Virus record (IMG/VR): IMGVR_UViG_3300024239_000013
Location: 124,001-188,000 of that record
Direction: 5' to 3' (one strand)
DNA: 64,000 nt
Shown here: positions 31,053 to 39,969 of the stretch, in pieces
How positions within the stretch are numbered: position 1 is the stretch's first letter
Layout of the letters: each line of letters opens with the position of its first letter
Notes under the pieces: model-generated
Database searches by the model: none
Told to the model about the DNA's origin: nothing
Seen by the model: the letters and a program-made list of their open reading frames with translations, nothing else
Program-made: the position numbers and the translations under genes

Positions 31053-33002
31053 TTAGTCTATTCTGGTTGCAAAAATTGTACCTCTATCATTATTCTCATT
31101 GGCTGTGTATCTAGTATCATCGTCTCTAATATCGACAGTGAATCCTGCTTCTACGATTTTTCTAATAAGCTGAGTCGCTCTACCTTCATTATTATGAAAT
31201 TCAATTAGTAGATTTTTGAACCTTCTTAGATCTTCAGTTGTGACCGTGCTAAACATTTGGTATTCAGCTCCCTCTATGTCAACTTTTAGGAGATCAGCCC
31301 CTTGTATATTATATTTTTCCAGCAGATCCATGAGAGTTATGGTTTCTACCATCTGTCTTTCGCTATAACCTTCTCCGGTTCCCTCTATACTAGAGATTAA
31401 ACTGTTTTCTGGATTCACAAGCATCTCTATAAATTCCCCTGATTTATCAGAAAGTGCATATTTTGCTAATTTAACATTAGTATTATTTCTATGAATAGCA
31501 TGGAATGCCTTTGCTGCAGTTTCGTTAGGTTCAACTGCGATCACCTCAGTATCTCTACCAAATCTATCAAGAACCCATTCAGTAAAAAGACCAACATTAG
31601 CACCAATATCGATAGCTGTTTTTATTCTCTGTCCGGCAAAGAATAAATTATAAACACCGTCTACAAAGAACTGCGTATAATTCACAAAAACTGGATCGAA
31701 GTTCATATAAGGGTTGCTTGGTAATTTTTTCTTATTAATCCTTTTTTTAATAACATATTCCTCAAATATTAGAGGAATTTCATCACCTCTATTACTATAA
31801 ATTTCAATCCCAAATCCACTAAAGTTTTTATCTCCGTAAAAATCATAGAATTCTTTTGGGATCGGAACGCACCAAAAACTTTGTCCTGGTTCAATTTCTT
31901 GCATTTTAAATCCGTATATACATGCGTTAGAATCTATATCTTTAATAGAAACCCAAAAATTTCCTTTAATGCTATATAAAGGTCTAATGTCGATTTGATT
32001 ATTTTCTGGATTAAAGTTTATTTCTAATTCCTTTGATTTATTTCCCGTAGAATTCATTTTTATAGTATTTCTTATTAAACTTATATTTTCTTCTCTTGTC
32101 GGTTTCATAAATATTACGCTATCTGATTCCTGATACATACCAACATAAACCGGAAGATCCCTCATTATCAAAGGGGTCCCGATATTTATGGTTTCTCTTA
32201 TTACAAGTGGACTTGTTTCTTTATCGTTAAATAGTGCTATTGACGGAAATATAACAGCATCGCATGCTTTATAGAACAAATCAACTTCATCTCTTTCCCC
32301 CCAAATCCTACAGTTATTTGGTTTATTGTTAATTATGGGTTCCCAGTACCATTTATAATTTTCTGCTAATGTCCCGACGAAATGAAAATCAACATCCGGT
32401 AAATCCCTTGCTAAATCAAAAGTTTCTATCTGATTTTTTCTCGGGGTAAATATACCAACTTGAACTATATGCTTTCTTTTTGGATCTAATCCAAGAATTC
32501 TAATACATTCTTCTTTTGAAGGAATCTCTTTTTTATCGATTTGATTCTCGATAACCTCCATAGGAACACCAAGATCGCTAAATAAATTTACTTGCCATGG
32601 ACTAACCACAAGAAATTTATCAGGGAGGTATCTTTTTTCTTTTGGATTGATGGAAGAATCATGAAACGTTTCAAATATTTTATAATCCCTATCTTTGGAG
32701 TATATTTTATCTAGTAAAAAATCATCTACAAATTGTTCACAGGGTTCTTCGAAGTGTATTATATCGGGATTAATTCCAAAAAGCCTATCTAACAAAAGTT
32801 CGGTTTTTTTATCACCCCAAGTTATTATACGTTCTTCACCTATTTGCTTCTCTATTCTGAGTCTTACTGTATTATAAACACTCTCTTTGGATTTTTCGAA
32901 AATCCAAATATCAGCAACATTCTTTAGTTTTTCTATTTTATTTCTTAAATATTCTGGCATTCCACCAGTGGAAAGATGTGGTACTATATAAGCTATTCTC
33001 AC
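31053..33002 (-). CDS. GT4 glycosyltransferase fused to a FkbM-family methyltransferase
   Basis: PHLSTGGMP, VG.F.PRKNQ; DIGANVG, EPN, KVDIEGAE and EFH. Confidence 0.85.
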   Translation of the reverse strand: MRIAYIVPHLSTGGMPEYLRNKIEKLKNVADIWIFEKSKESVYNTVRLRIEKQIGEERIITWGDKKTELLLDRLFGINPDIIHFEEPCEQFVDDFLLDKIYSKDRDYKIFETFHDSSINPKEKRYLPDKFLVVSPWQVNLFSDLGVPMEVIENQIDKKEIPSKEECIRILGLDPKRKHIVQVGIFTPRKNQIETFDLARDLPDVDFHFVGTLAENYKWYWEPIINNKPNNCRIWGERDEVDLFYKACDAVIFPSIALFNDKETSPLVIRETINIGTPLIMRDLPVYVGMYQESDSVIFMKPTREENISLIRNTIKMNSTGNKSKELEINFNPENNQIDIRPLYSIKGNFWVSIKDIDSNACIYGFKMQEIEPGQSFWCVPIPKEFYDFYGDKNFSGFGIEIYSNRGDEIPLIFEEYVIKKRINKKKLPSNPYMNFDPVFVNYTQFFVDGVYNLFFAGQRIKTAIDIGANVGLFTEWVLDRFGRDTEVIAVEPNETAAKAFHAIHRNNTNVKLAKYALSDKSGEFIEMLVNPENSLISSIEGTGEGYSERQMVETITLMDLLEKYNIQGADLLKVDIEGAEYQMFSTVTTEDLRRFKNLLIEFHNNEGRATQLIRKIVEAGFTVDIRDDDTRYTANENNDRGTIFATRID

Positions 33003-33058
33003 TTCAGTTACTTTTAATGTGGATTATAGTAGATAAAATAGATTTAATTTCGTAAATT

Positions 33059-34044
33059 GTATTGAAAAGGTGCCTTTTATACAAAATTAAATTATACTAT
33101 AGACTGTCCACAATTAGGACAGAATTTCCAACTTTTCTTTTTCATTCTGGTTCCACATTTTGTGCAGTATGATCTGATTTCGGAAACTTCCATAGGTTTA
33201 GCTGATTTTGGCAGAATCTTATATTCTGATGAATATGCCCAAATTGTTGAATATGTTCCATGATCCCTTCCGAAAGATTGTTCGGATTTTTCACCTTTCT
33301 CTATCCTACCGGTTTCAATTAAATCCGGATTGACTAAATTATTGGTAGTTGAATATGTAAAATCAGATAAATTTGAGCTTATTGAGTTCGTTGACGAATA
33401 ATAAGAAATGTTTGTTGTTTTAGTGGAATCACCTAGATTGGTTTTTCCGATTACACTACCGGAAGAGTCTGAAGTCACCAGATTTACAAGATTTCCGATG
33501 TATGTACCGTTCCAACTATTATGTGGTACGTATGTTGGAAACGGAAGTGAGAAATGGTTCATAAAGACCTCCGGATAAAACTCAACTTTAATATTGCCAT
33601 TATTTTCAATGGCTTTCTTAACTTCTTCGGAGGAATCCACATCATATGTAGAAAAAAGAAGTTTTTTGTTCTCGTCTATGTGTCTATCTAAGAAATATCT
33701 CTGTCCTGGTTTAATAACTAAACCCGACTTACTGATCAAATTTCCATTCAAATAAATTTTTGCTAAATATGAAATTTGTGTTGGGTTGAAGAGCTCTATT
33801 TGAAACTCCTGTCCATCTTCAAGATAAACTACATCATCGTCTGATCCGTAGATCTTTTGTCTGTTGTTGGATATTGCTACCCAAGCTTCTGGATTTTGCT
33901 GCAGAATATTACTACACAGCACTTTGTTTTTGTTTTTCATTTTATTTACCTTTTTTTTAAAATCTCTTCGTTACTCATTTAAATGAATAACTCAAAGGCC
34001 TTTATTGGCCCGAGACAATAAGTATGAAAGGCACCTTTCAATAC
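33059..34044. repeat. Pair of about 24-bp palindromic inverted repeats (33059-33082 and 34022-34044) enclosing one gene
   Basis: GTATTGAAAAGGTGCCTTTTATAC versus reverse complement GTATTGAAAGGTGCCTTTCATAC. Confidence 0.8.
33092..33940 (-). CDS. Hypothetical phage protein with C-terminal double zinc ribbon
   Basis: IELFNPT, ETGRIEKG and CTKCG...FCPNCG. Confidence 0.75.
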   Translation of the reverse strand: MKNKNKVLCSNILQQNPEAWVAISNNRQKIYGSDDDVVYLEDGQEFQIELFNPTQISYLAKIYLNGNLISKSGLVIKPGQRYFLDRHIDENKKLLFSTYDVDSSEEVKKAIENNGNIKVEFYPEVFMNHFSLPFPTYVPHNSWNGTYIGNLVNLVTSDSSGSVIGKTNLGDSTKTTNISYYSSTNSISSNLSDFTYSTTNNLVNPDLIETGRIEKGEKSEQSFGRDHGTYSTIWAYSSEYKILPKSAKPMEVSEIRSYCTKCGTRMKKKSWKFCPNCGQSIV

Positions 34045-34069
34045 GAATTTTAATATATATATTTATAGT

Positions 34070-34513
34070 CTAATAATCTTCTCTAAAATCTCTATCATCA
34101 TAAGAAGGATAGTCATCATCGTCCCACTCATCCTCATCTAAGAATCCTCTTTCATGATAGTTTATAAGCGATTCCCAAGAATCCCCATCTTTAAACCAAA
34201 CATAAGCCGCGCTAGGAGGTAATTCTGTAACCCATTCAATTTTAGAATCATTTTCCCAACCTTCAGGAATAAGTTCATCTAAGATTTCTATAAAGTTCTT
34301 AACGTCAGATAAAACGTCAGATTCAAATGGGTAATCCTCTATATAAATTTCAAGATGACCTGAAAAATTTATTTCAGCATACTTTGAAAATAATTCACAA
34401 AAAATAAGAAAGTCGTCATTTAGCTCTACTGAATTTTTGAATTCTTCTAGATCACTTTTATCGAACTTTTTATTTGATGTTAATTCTACATTTAAAAAAT
34501 AATCCGTTTTCAT
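34070..34513 (-). CDS. Acidic hypothetical protein
   Basis: 147 aa ORF; GGTATATA upstream. Confidence 0.6.
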   Translation of the reverse strand: MKTDYFLNVELTSNKKFDKSDLEEFKNSVELNDDFLIFCELFSKYAEINFSGHLEIYIEDYPFESDVLSDVKNFIEILDELIPEGWENDSKIEWVTELPPSAAYVWFKDGDSWESLINYHERGFLDEDEWDDDDYPSYDDRDFREDY

Positions 34514-34557
34514 TTACTATTTTTATTTTACCTATATACCCAAAAATAAAAATGATT

Positions 34558-35016
34558 TTATTGACCTTTTTTGAACATTTTCTTAAAATATCTAATCTGA
34601 AAGTCTATTAAATCCATTGGTGATTTAAAATTCTCAGGATTTTCTACTTTACAGTTGAATAAATCTAAATTATAATCGTCGAAGATATACTTTATTATAT
34701 TAGATTTACCTAATAAATCGCTTGTTACTAATGTAAAATTCTGTGAAATATTATTTTCTTTTAATATCAGATTTATATAGGATCTTAAATTGTCAATATA
34801 ACAAGAATTTCTTCCTTCCGATGCTATTTTTTCCAATGAATATAAAGATTTTTTAACATTCTCATGTTTAATTATATACTCTTCTCTTAGAATATTAATT
34901 TCTATGTAGTTAACTGTATCATCTTTGTCACTAAACACTGATATGTAAATAGAAGCAAGATCTTCTATACTGTCTATACCATTGAAAGTTGAAACGTTGA
35001 AAGAAAGAAATTCCAT
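34558..35016 (-). CDS. Hypothetical protein
   Basis: 152 aa ORF. Confidence 0.55.
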   Translation of the reverse strand: MEFLSFNVSTFNGIDSIEDLASIYISVFSDKDDTVNYIEINILREEYIIKHENVKKSLYSLEKIASEGRNSCYIDNLRSYINLILKENNISQNFTLVTSDLLGKSNIIKYIFDDYNLDLFNCKVENPENFKSPMDLIDFQIRYFKKMFKKGQ

Positions 35017-35034
35017 AAAGTATTGTTTTTCTTG

Positions 35035-35328
35035 CTATTTGGTTCTTTTTTTCCTAGTTTCTTCTGACATTTTTCTACAAAAAAGTCTCATTGTTTTTTT
35101 ACCGTCGGGAGATTGAAAAATAATGCTACTCTCGGAATCAGCAAATAAAACAAAATTGAGCTGACCAGGTTCAGATTCGGTACTACTCCATGCCATCACT
35201 ACAGGCTCGTCATCATCAAACTGAAAAACCCATTCAGCTTGTTCGAATTGTTCGATTCCTAGTATTTCCTTAATTTCACCTTCTGTAGGTAAATTTCCTT
35301 CTATGATAAAGTCTTTTGATTTTTCCAT
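35035..35328 (-). CDS. Hypothetical protein
   Basis: 97 aa ORF. Confidence 0.6.
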   Translation of the reverse strand: MEKSKDFIIEGNLPTEGEIKEILGIEQFEQAEWVFQFDDDEPVVMAWSSTESEPGQLNFVLFADSESSIIFQSPDGKKTMRLFCRKMSEETRKKRTK

Positions 35329-35329
35329 G

Positions 35330-35933
35330 TTATATAAAATTTTGACAAAATGATTTTCTGTGATATTTAGTAATTCCTATTTCTTTTATAGCTTTAATGT
35401 GATCTGCAGTACCATATCCAACATTTCTAATCCATAAATAATTTGGAAATTCCGAATCTAGATTTTGCATTAACTGATCCCTATGGACCTTAGCAAGAAT
35501 AGAAGCTGCAGAGATTTGTAATATTTTGGAATCACCCTTTACTACACATTCATATGGAATGTTATTGTGGCCTATAAATCTGTCACCATCAACATAAAGG
35601 AAATCTGGGGTTTTTGAACATGCATCTATAGCTCTTTTCATAGCTAAGTAAGTTGCTTGTAAAATGTTAATCTGATCTATCTCCAGAGGAGAACTAGCTC
35701 CAATTCCCCAAGATATTGCATTTTCTTTAATGACATTAGCTATCTCTTCCCTTTTTTTTGCGCTTTTGATAGATTTACTATCTTTTATTCTAGGATCTGA
35801 AAATCCCTCAGGTAATATCACAGCTGCTGCAACAACCGGTCCTGCTAGACATCCTCTGCCTTCAGCCCACCTCGTCCACGCCAGCAATAAATTTCAGCTC
35901 GCGAAGAAGAGGTGGATTATTTTTTTCTATCAT
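35330..35933 (-). CDS. rnhB: Ribonuclease HII interrupted by a 7-nt insertion (recoded gene or pseudogene)
   Basis: ATG 35933 gives MIEKNNPPLLRELKFIAGVDEVG*; GRGCLAGPVV, DSK, VDG, KGD, SAASILAKV.RD and HRKSF follow in another frame. Removing 7 nt gives a 198-aa intact protein. Confidence 0.88.
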
Positions 35934-36006
35934 TATTTATATTTTTAATTGATTTCCTTATTCTATCTATGGTTTCTTCTGAATGTTTCGTTCCATAGAA
36001 TGGATT
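35917..36006 (-). pseudogene. Homing endonuclease remnant (NUMOD3 motif)
   Basis: Translates NPFYGTKHSEETIDRIRKS...*; an in-frame stop lies just upstream and there is no start codon. Confidence 0.65.
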
Positions 36007-36060
36007 TTTTATCCTTCATCTTTTTCTTTATATTCAAAACTAGGATTCCTATCTGGACCC

Positions 36061-37638
36061 TTATTTGAGTTTTATTGTGGTGTATTCACCTTTAATAAAG
36101 TTTATATGTTGAGCCTTACCGTCATGATGTATTATAACATGAGACTGCAACCACCCGCTAGGGCCTAGGTTATAGTTAACCCTCAATTTAGTGGATGTTC
36201 CTACAGCTAAAGCTCCATCTTTTCTTCCTGGGCAGTGATAATGACCAACTACTATCTTGGTATTTAGTTTTCTGAATTGTAATAACGAACCTCTCGATCC
36301 ATTTGATCCAATATCTCCATGTTGACCTAATTCCCATCCATTAACAACAAAACTATCACTCCTACCTAAGGTTCTGAATTCTGGATATCTTTGATTGATT
36401 AGATATGGAATAACCCCATTTGGCGCTTCTCCTTTCAGTATCAAAGAACTATATTCCATGTATTCTATAGAATTTTTTAGTGTTGGCGCTTTTCTCCAAT
36501 CGGTTCCCTTTAACCATCGGTCTAGAAAATCGTCATGATTACTTCTAACTATGGTAACATTATACTCAGAAAATTTACCCAATCCATCTAGCATAGAATC
36601 TATTTCACCTTTTAGTGAATTAGTTCCATCCATTTCCCTTTGAAATTGTACAAACGGGTCTTTTATCTCGTGATGATTTATAGAAAGACCGTCAAAAACA
36701 TCATGGAGGACTATATTATCTGGTTTTATTATCTTGAACATGTCAAGAGTTTTTTGAATGACCCTATCGTCATGTTGTCCGTAGTGGAGATCTCCTAATA
36801 TAGCTGCTGATATGCTTTCGTTTTGACTTATAACATTTTTTCCCAAATCGGGATCATATTTTACATTATAATATAAATCATTAAAATCCCCATCGTCAGT
36901 TGCTGTTACCTGTCTAGCAAAAAATGTCGAAGAATCTTTTATTTCTACAATCACAAATCCTAGAGTATGATGAAATTCTCCTTTTTTTCCAGATTTAGAA
37001 TCCGTATAATTTTTAACCGTACATGCTCCAGTTGTCATCATCATCTTGGGTAGATTTCCCTCCAATACTGGTATAGTTTCTAAATGTACCTTAGGAGATC
37101 CAAAAACACAAGAATTAATTCCGCTCATACCTTGAAGTCCTGTCATTGGATCTACTGCTGTAGGCTGTATCTTAACATCCGACATGATCCACATATGTTT
37201 ATGTACTTCATGTCTATTAGCATCCAGATATTCTTCTATTCTAGGAGACCAGGTATCATAGTTCTTGTCAGTAAAAACTGATGTTGGATTCTTATATCTA
37301 CCAGCTATAATATGGATATCTGCATTTATAAAATTAGCATAAGCTTCTATATTAGAAATGAAGGTCTCGTGTACAGGTGTATCATTTTGTGCCCAAGTGA
37401 TTATAAATTTCTTCTTCTTCTTATTGAATTTTCTTTCTCTGGCTTTTATTAATTGTGGGGATTCTTGGATGGCTTTTTCAGTTATGCCTAGTTTAGAGAT
37501 CCAGCTTTGGACAGTTCTTTCGGATTTACCTAGATATTGGCTTAGCTGTTTCATTCTCTCGTCCCAGCTTAGTTTTCTATTCCAATAAATCCCAGAAAGG
37601 TCCGAAATATTTTCTGGAGTTAAGTCTGAAAACTTCAT
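36061..37638 (-). CDS. HTH plus metallophosphoesterase-fold protein (T5 A1-like)
   Basis: N-terminal HTH (SERTVQSW); IITWAQN; GDLH, SNHD, HGD.GSNGSRG and GHYH. Confidence 0.6.
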   Translation of the reverse strand: MKFSDLTPENISDLSGIYWNRKLSWDERMKQLSQYLGKSERTVQSWISKLGITEKAIQESPQLIKARERKFNKKKKKFIITWAQNDTPVHETFISNIEAYANFINADIHIIAGRYKNPTSVFTDKNYDTWSPRIEEYLDANRHEVHKHMWIMSDVKIQPTAVDPMTGLQGMSGINSCVFGSPKVHLETIPVLEGNLPKMMMTTGACTVKNYTDSKSGKKGEFHHTLGFVIVEIKDSSTFFARQVTATDDGDFNDLYYNVKYDPDLGKNVISQNESISAAILGDLHYGQHDDRVIQKTLDMFKIIKPDNIVLHDVFDGLSINHHEIKDPFVQFQREMDGTNSLKGEIDSMLDGLGKFSEYNVTIVRSNHDDFLDRWLKGTDWRKAPTLKNSIEYMEYSSLILKGEAPNGVIPYLINQRYPEFRTLGRSDSFVVNGWELGQHGDIGSNGSRGSLLQFRKLNTKIVVGHYHCPGRKDGALAVGTSTKLRVNYNLGPSGWLQSHVIIHHDGKAQHINFIKGEYTTIKLK

Positions 37639-37680
37639 TTATTGTCGTTTAAGGTTATAGTATTTTATATCTATCTAATG

Positions 37681-37715
37681 AATAAAGGTTTCAGAAAAAA
37701 TCGGAAACCTTTATT
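37681..37715. terminator. Inverted repeat (terminator overlapping a GAAAC promoter element)
   Basis: aataaaggtttc...gaaacctttatt. Confidence 0.5.
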
Positions 37716-37737
37716 ATATATTAAAAAATATTAATTT

Positions 37738-38037
37738 TTATTTAGTTTTTACATCACTAGATTCTAAAATATTTATTGTTGATATTATATCGGAACAAAC
37801 TTCATATTTTTCATCCACCTCGCACTTTTTCAAATATGAAGTTAGAAATGAACTGAACTGTGGTTTTTCCAACTTAAAAATAACCCCTTGTATAGAAGGA
37901 TCTTTGTCTGTTGGAAAGGTTACAAAAATAGAAGCACTTTCCCAATTGTTTAGAATAGCGTTTTTTATTTTTTTATAAAACATATCACCTATAAATTCTG
38001 ATAGGTTATTTAAGTCCATAAATTCGTCCGGTTTCAT
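37738..38037 (-). CDS. Hypothetical protein (E.YE.C motif)
   Basis: 99 aa; shares EKYE.C with 55600..55959. Confidence 0.6.
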   Translation of the reverse strand: MKPDEFMDLNNLSEFIGDMFYKKIKNAILNNWESASIFVTFPTDKDPSIQGVIFKLEKPQFSSFLTSYLKKCEVDEKYEVCSDIISTINILESSDVKTK

Positions 38038-38054
38038 GTCTTTTTTAATCAGAT

Positions 38055-38438
38055 TTAACCAACACCAAATATTACTTTAAGTCCAATAGCTATTATTGCA
38101 CCGAATAATATCCAAAGAGCTTTATTTACTCCATTTTGCCAAGATTGTAACTCTTTCAATGAGCTATTAAGCTCTAGATAATCTTCATATCTATCCTCCT
38201 CTTGAAGCCTAAATTTAGTATTTTCGTTAACTTTTACTATTACTCCATCTTCTGGATCCAGTAATTTTTTCTTAATGTCAGATATATCATCTTTTAAAGA
38301 CTTCTGATCTAATCTCAATCCTTCTATACCGTTTTGTAGGTGTTTTATATCACCATTTGGCATATTGGATTTAAGTCTAGACAACTCATCCAGTATTTGT
38401 TTCATTAGTAAAGTCTGCGTTACTTCTTTTTCGTCCAT
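38055..38438 (-). CDS. Coiled-coil protein with C-terminal TM helix (XhlA/holin-like architecture)
   Basis: Coiled coil followed by ALWILFGAIIAIGLKVIFG; GATATATA upstream. Confidence 0.55.
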   Translation of the reverse strand: MDEKEVTQTLLMKQILDELSRLKSNMPNGDIKHLQNGIEGLRLDQKSLKDDISDIKKKLLDPEDGVIVKVNENTKFRLQEEDRYEDYLELNSSLKELQSWQNGVNKALWILFGAIIAIGLKVIFGVG

Positions 38439-38543
38439 TTGTTACTATTCTTTTGGATTTATTGCCCAATTTCCAAAAGTGTGTTACGTTATTATATATC
38501 AAAAAAAATCCCCTAAAGGGGATTAAAAAAAGTCTTTATTTAA

Positions 38544-38765
38544 TTATCTTATCATTTTATTTGGAGGTATTTCCAATGTTATCTCCGGAAAATCACCAAA
38601 CACTTCAAAACATTCCTCTGATGCATTTACGTGAAAGAATCCGTAGTATGAATCATCTTCATTACCAAATTCGTCTTCTAATATTTCCGCACCCATTAGA
38701 GATATTATCTCACATGCTTGTATGTGGGATTTTGGATCTGCTGTTTTGATATAAAATTCTAACAA
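38544..38765 (-). CDS. Hypothetical protein
   Basis: 73 aa ORF. Confidence 0.5.
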   Translation of the reverse strand: MLEFYIKTADPKSHIQACEIISLMGAEILEDEFGNEDDSYYGFFHVNASEECFEVFGDFPEITLEIPPNKMIR

Positions 38766-38768
38766 AGC

Positions 38769-39059
38769 TTATTTATTATTTAAAATCCGATTAGTTGGTA
38801 TATCTGAATGAACCTTGTAATATTTATTATCATTAACGTCCATAATTACCATTAGAATAGAATCCATAGACCCTATAATTTTATAAGTGTTCCCATCATA
38901 TTCAAATTCTGAACCAAGATGTTCCAATTCCAATTTAGATCTTCTTATAAATTTTGTTTGATTCCTTCTGTAGAGTTTAGCATAATGCTCTTTTAAGGAT
39001 TCTGAAGGTGTTCCAATACTGCTAAATTCCAAATCAAGTTTAAATGTTTTTGATTCCAT
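38769..39059 (-). CDS. Hypothetical protein
   Basis: 96 aa ORF. Confidence 0.6.
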   Translation of the reverse strand: MESKTFKLDLEFSSIGTPSESLKEHYAKLYRRNQTKFIRRSKLELEHLGSEFEYDGNTYKIIGSMDSILMVIMDVNDNKYYKVHSDIPTNRILNNK

Positions 39060-39109
39060 TTATCTATTTTTTTAATTATTTATTTATGCTCTCCTAAGAA
39101 GAAATTAAG

Positions 39110-39904
39110 CTAGACATTTGATTGTTTTAATATTTCTTTTTCTTTATTAAAACAGTGCAAAGAAGTTATATGCATTGCAAAATACCCTGGCTTAACTTTA
39201 TTCCATCTTATAGGGTCTCTTTTCTTTAAAATGTCCAATACCCACATTAACTTTCTACAAGCCATATAAATATCATCCCTAAAATGTCTAATATAGTCAC
39301 AAGATCTAATATAATAAACCATATGTAAATTATCTCCTCTTCTCATGAAGTGGTATCCGATTGTGCAAGGAACTCTTTCTCCGTGGACCGTTCCTGTATC
39401 TTCAGGAAACCATATGGGTAAAAATGCCTGTCTAGTAAAAGGCTCTCTTTCTAAAAGATTTACAACATCACCAAAGTCCCCATATTCGTATCTAATACCT
39501 TTTAAGTTATTTCTTTGTAATCTATTAGTTTCTTCGTCCATCGGAGCTCTTTTAGGCCAAATCCTTTCTGGGTATGTGTGGGAGAACTTATCATTCCCCC
39601 CAAACTTCTCATTATTTTTTACTGCAAATGGCCAATAACTATGAGAAGGTGGTGGATTTACTGGTAATTTTCCTACTCTTTCCTCAAAGTGATCGTCTGC
39701 CCATGGAAGATTAGGTTTTACTTCTTTTACAAGATCGTCTATAGTATGGGGAATAAAGAATTGGAAAGAGTGATTCATAGTTTCCCACATGTCATCAGGT
39801 GATTCTATACCTTGCCATTTCTCAGTTTTTACGACATATCCATAATTACGAAGTCTTTCTTTAGTCCATTTAATTGCATCAGAGGGTTTATAAAATGTCT
39901 TCAT
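39110..39904 (-). CDS. Thymidylate-synthase-fold pyrimidine (hydroxy)methyltransferase, probably dCMP-specific
   Basis: TRQA, VPCT, RSCD...FRDD (Asp where ThyA has Asn) and SLH. Confidence 0.75.
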   Translation of the reverse strand: MKTFYKPSDAIKWTKERLRNYGYVVKTEKWQGIESPDDMWETMNHSFQFFIPHTIDDLVKEVKPNLPWADDHFEERVGKLPVNPPPSHSYWPFAVKNNEKFGGNDKFSHTYPERIWPKRAPMDEETNRLQRNNLKGIRYEYGDFGDVVNLLEREPFTRQAFLPIWFPEDTGTVHGERVPCTIGYHFMRRGDNLHMVYYIRSCDYIRHFRDDIYMACRKLMWVLDILKKRDPIRWNKVKPGYFAMHITSLHCFNKEKEILKQSNV

Positions 39905-39969
39905 TTATCTTTTCTTTTATACATTTTAGTAGATTCTGATGATATTATTTCACATTACTAGGAAAAAAA

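Noticed and set aside
33963-34015. Canonical hammerhead ribozyme
   Set aside because: The core lacks CUGANGA and the UH cleavage site; kept only as a hammerhead-like candidate structure.
35862-35864. Genome-wide TGA or TAG reassignment
   Set aside because: Other genes are full length in the standard code and use TGA and TAG as stops; readthrough here would still be out of frame.
35330-35887. Track ORF starting MLAWTRWAEGRG as the complete RNase HII
   Set aside because: It lacks the catalytic D and E, which are encoded upstream in another frame from ATG 35933.
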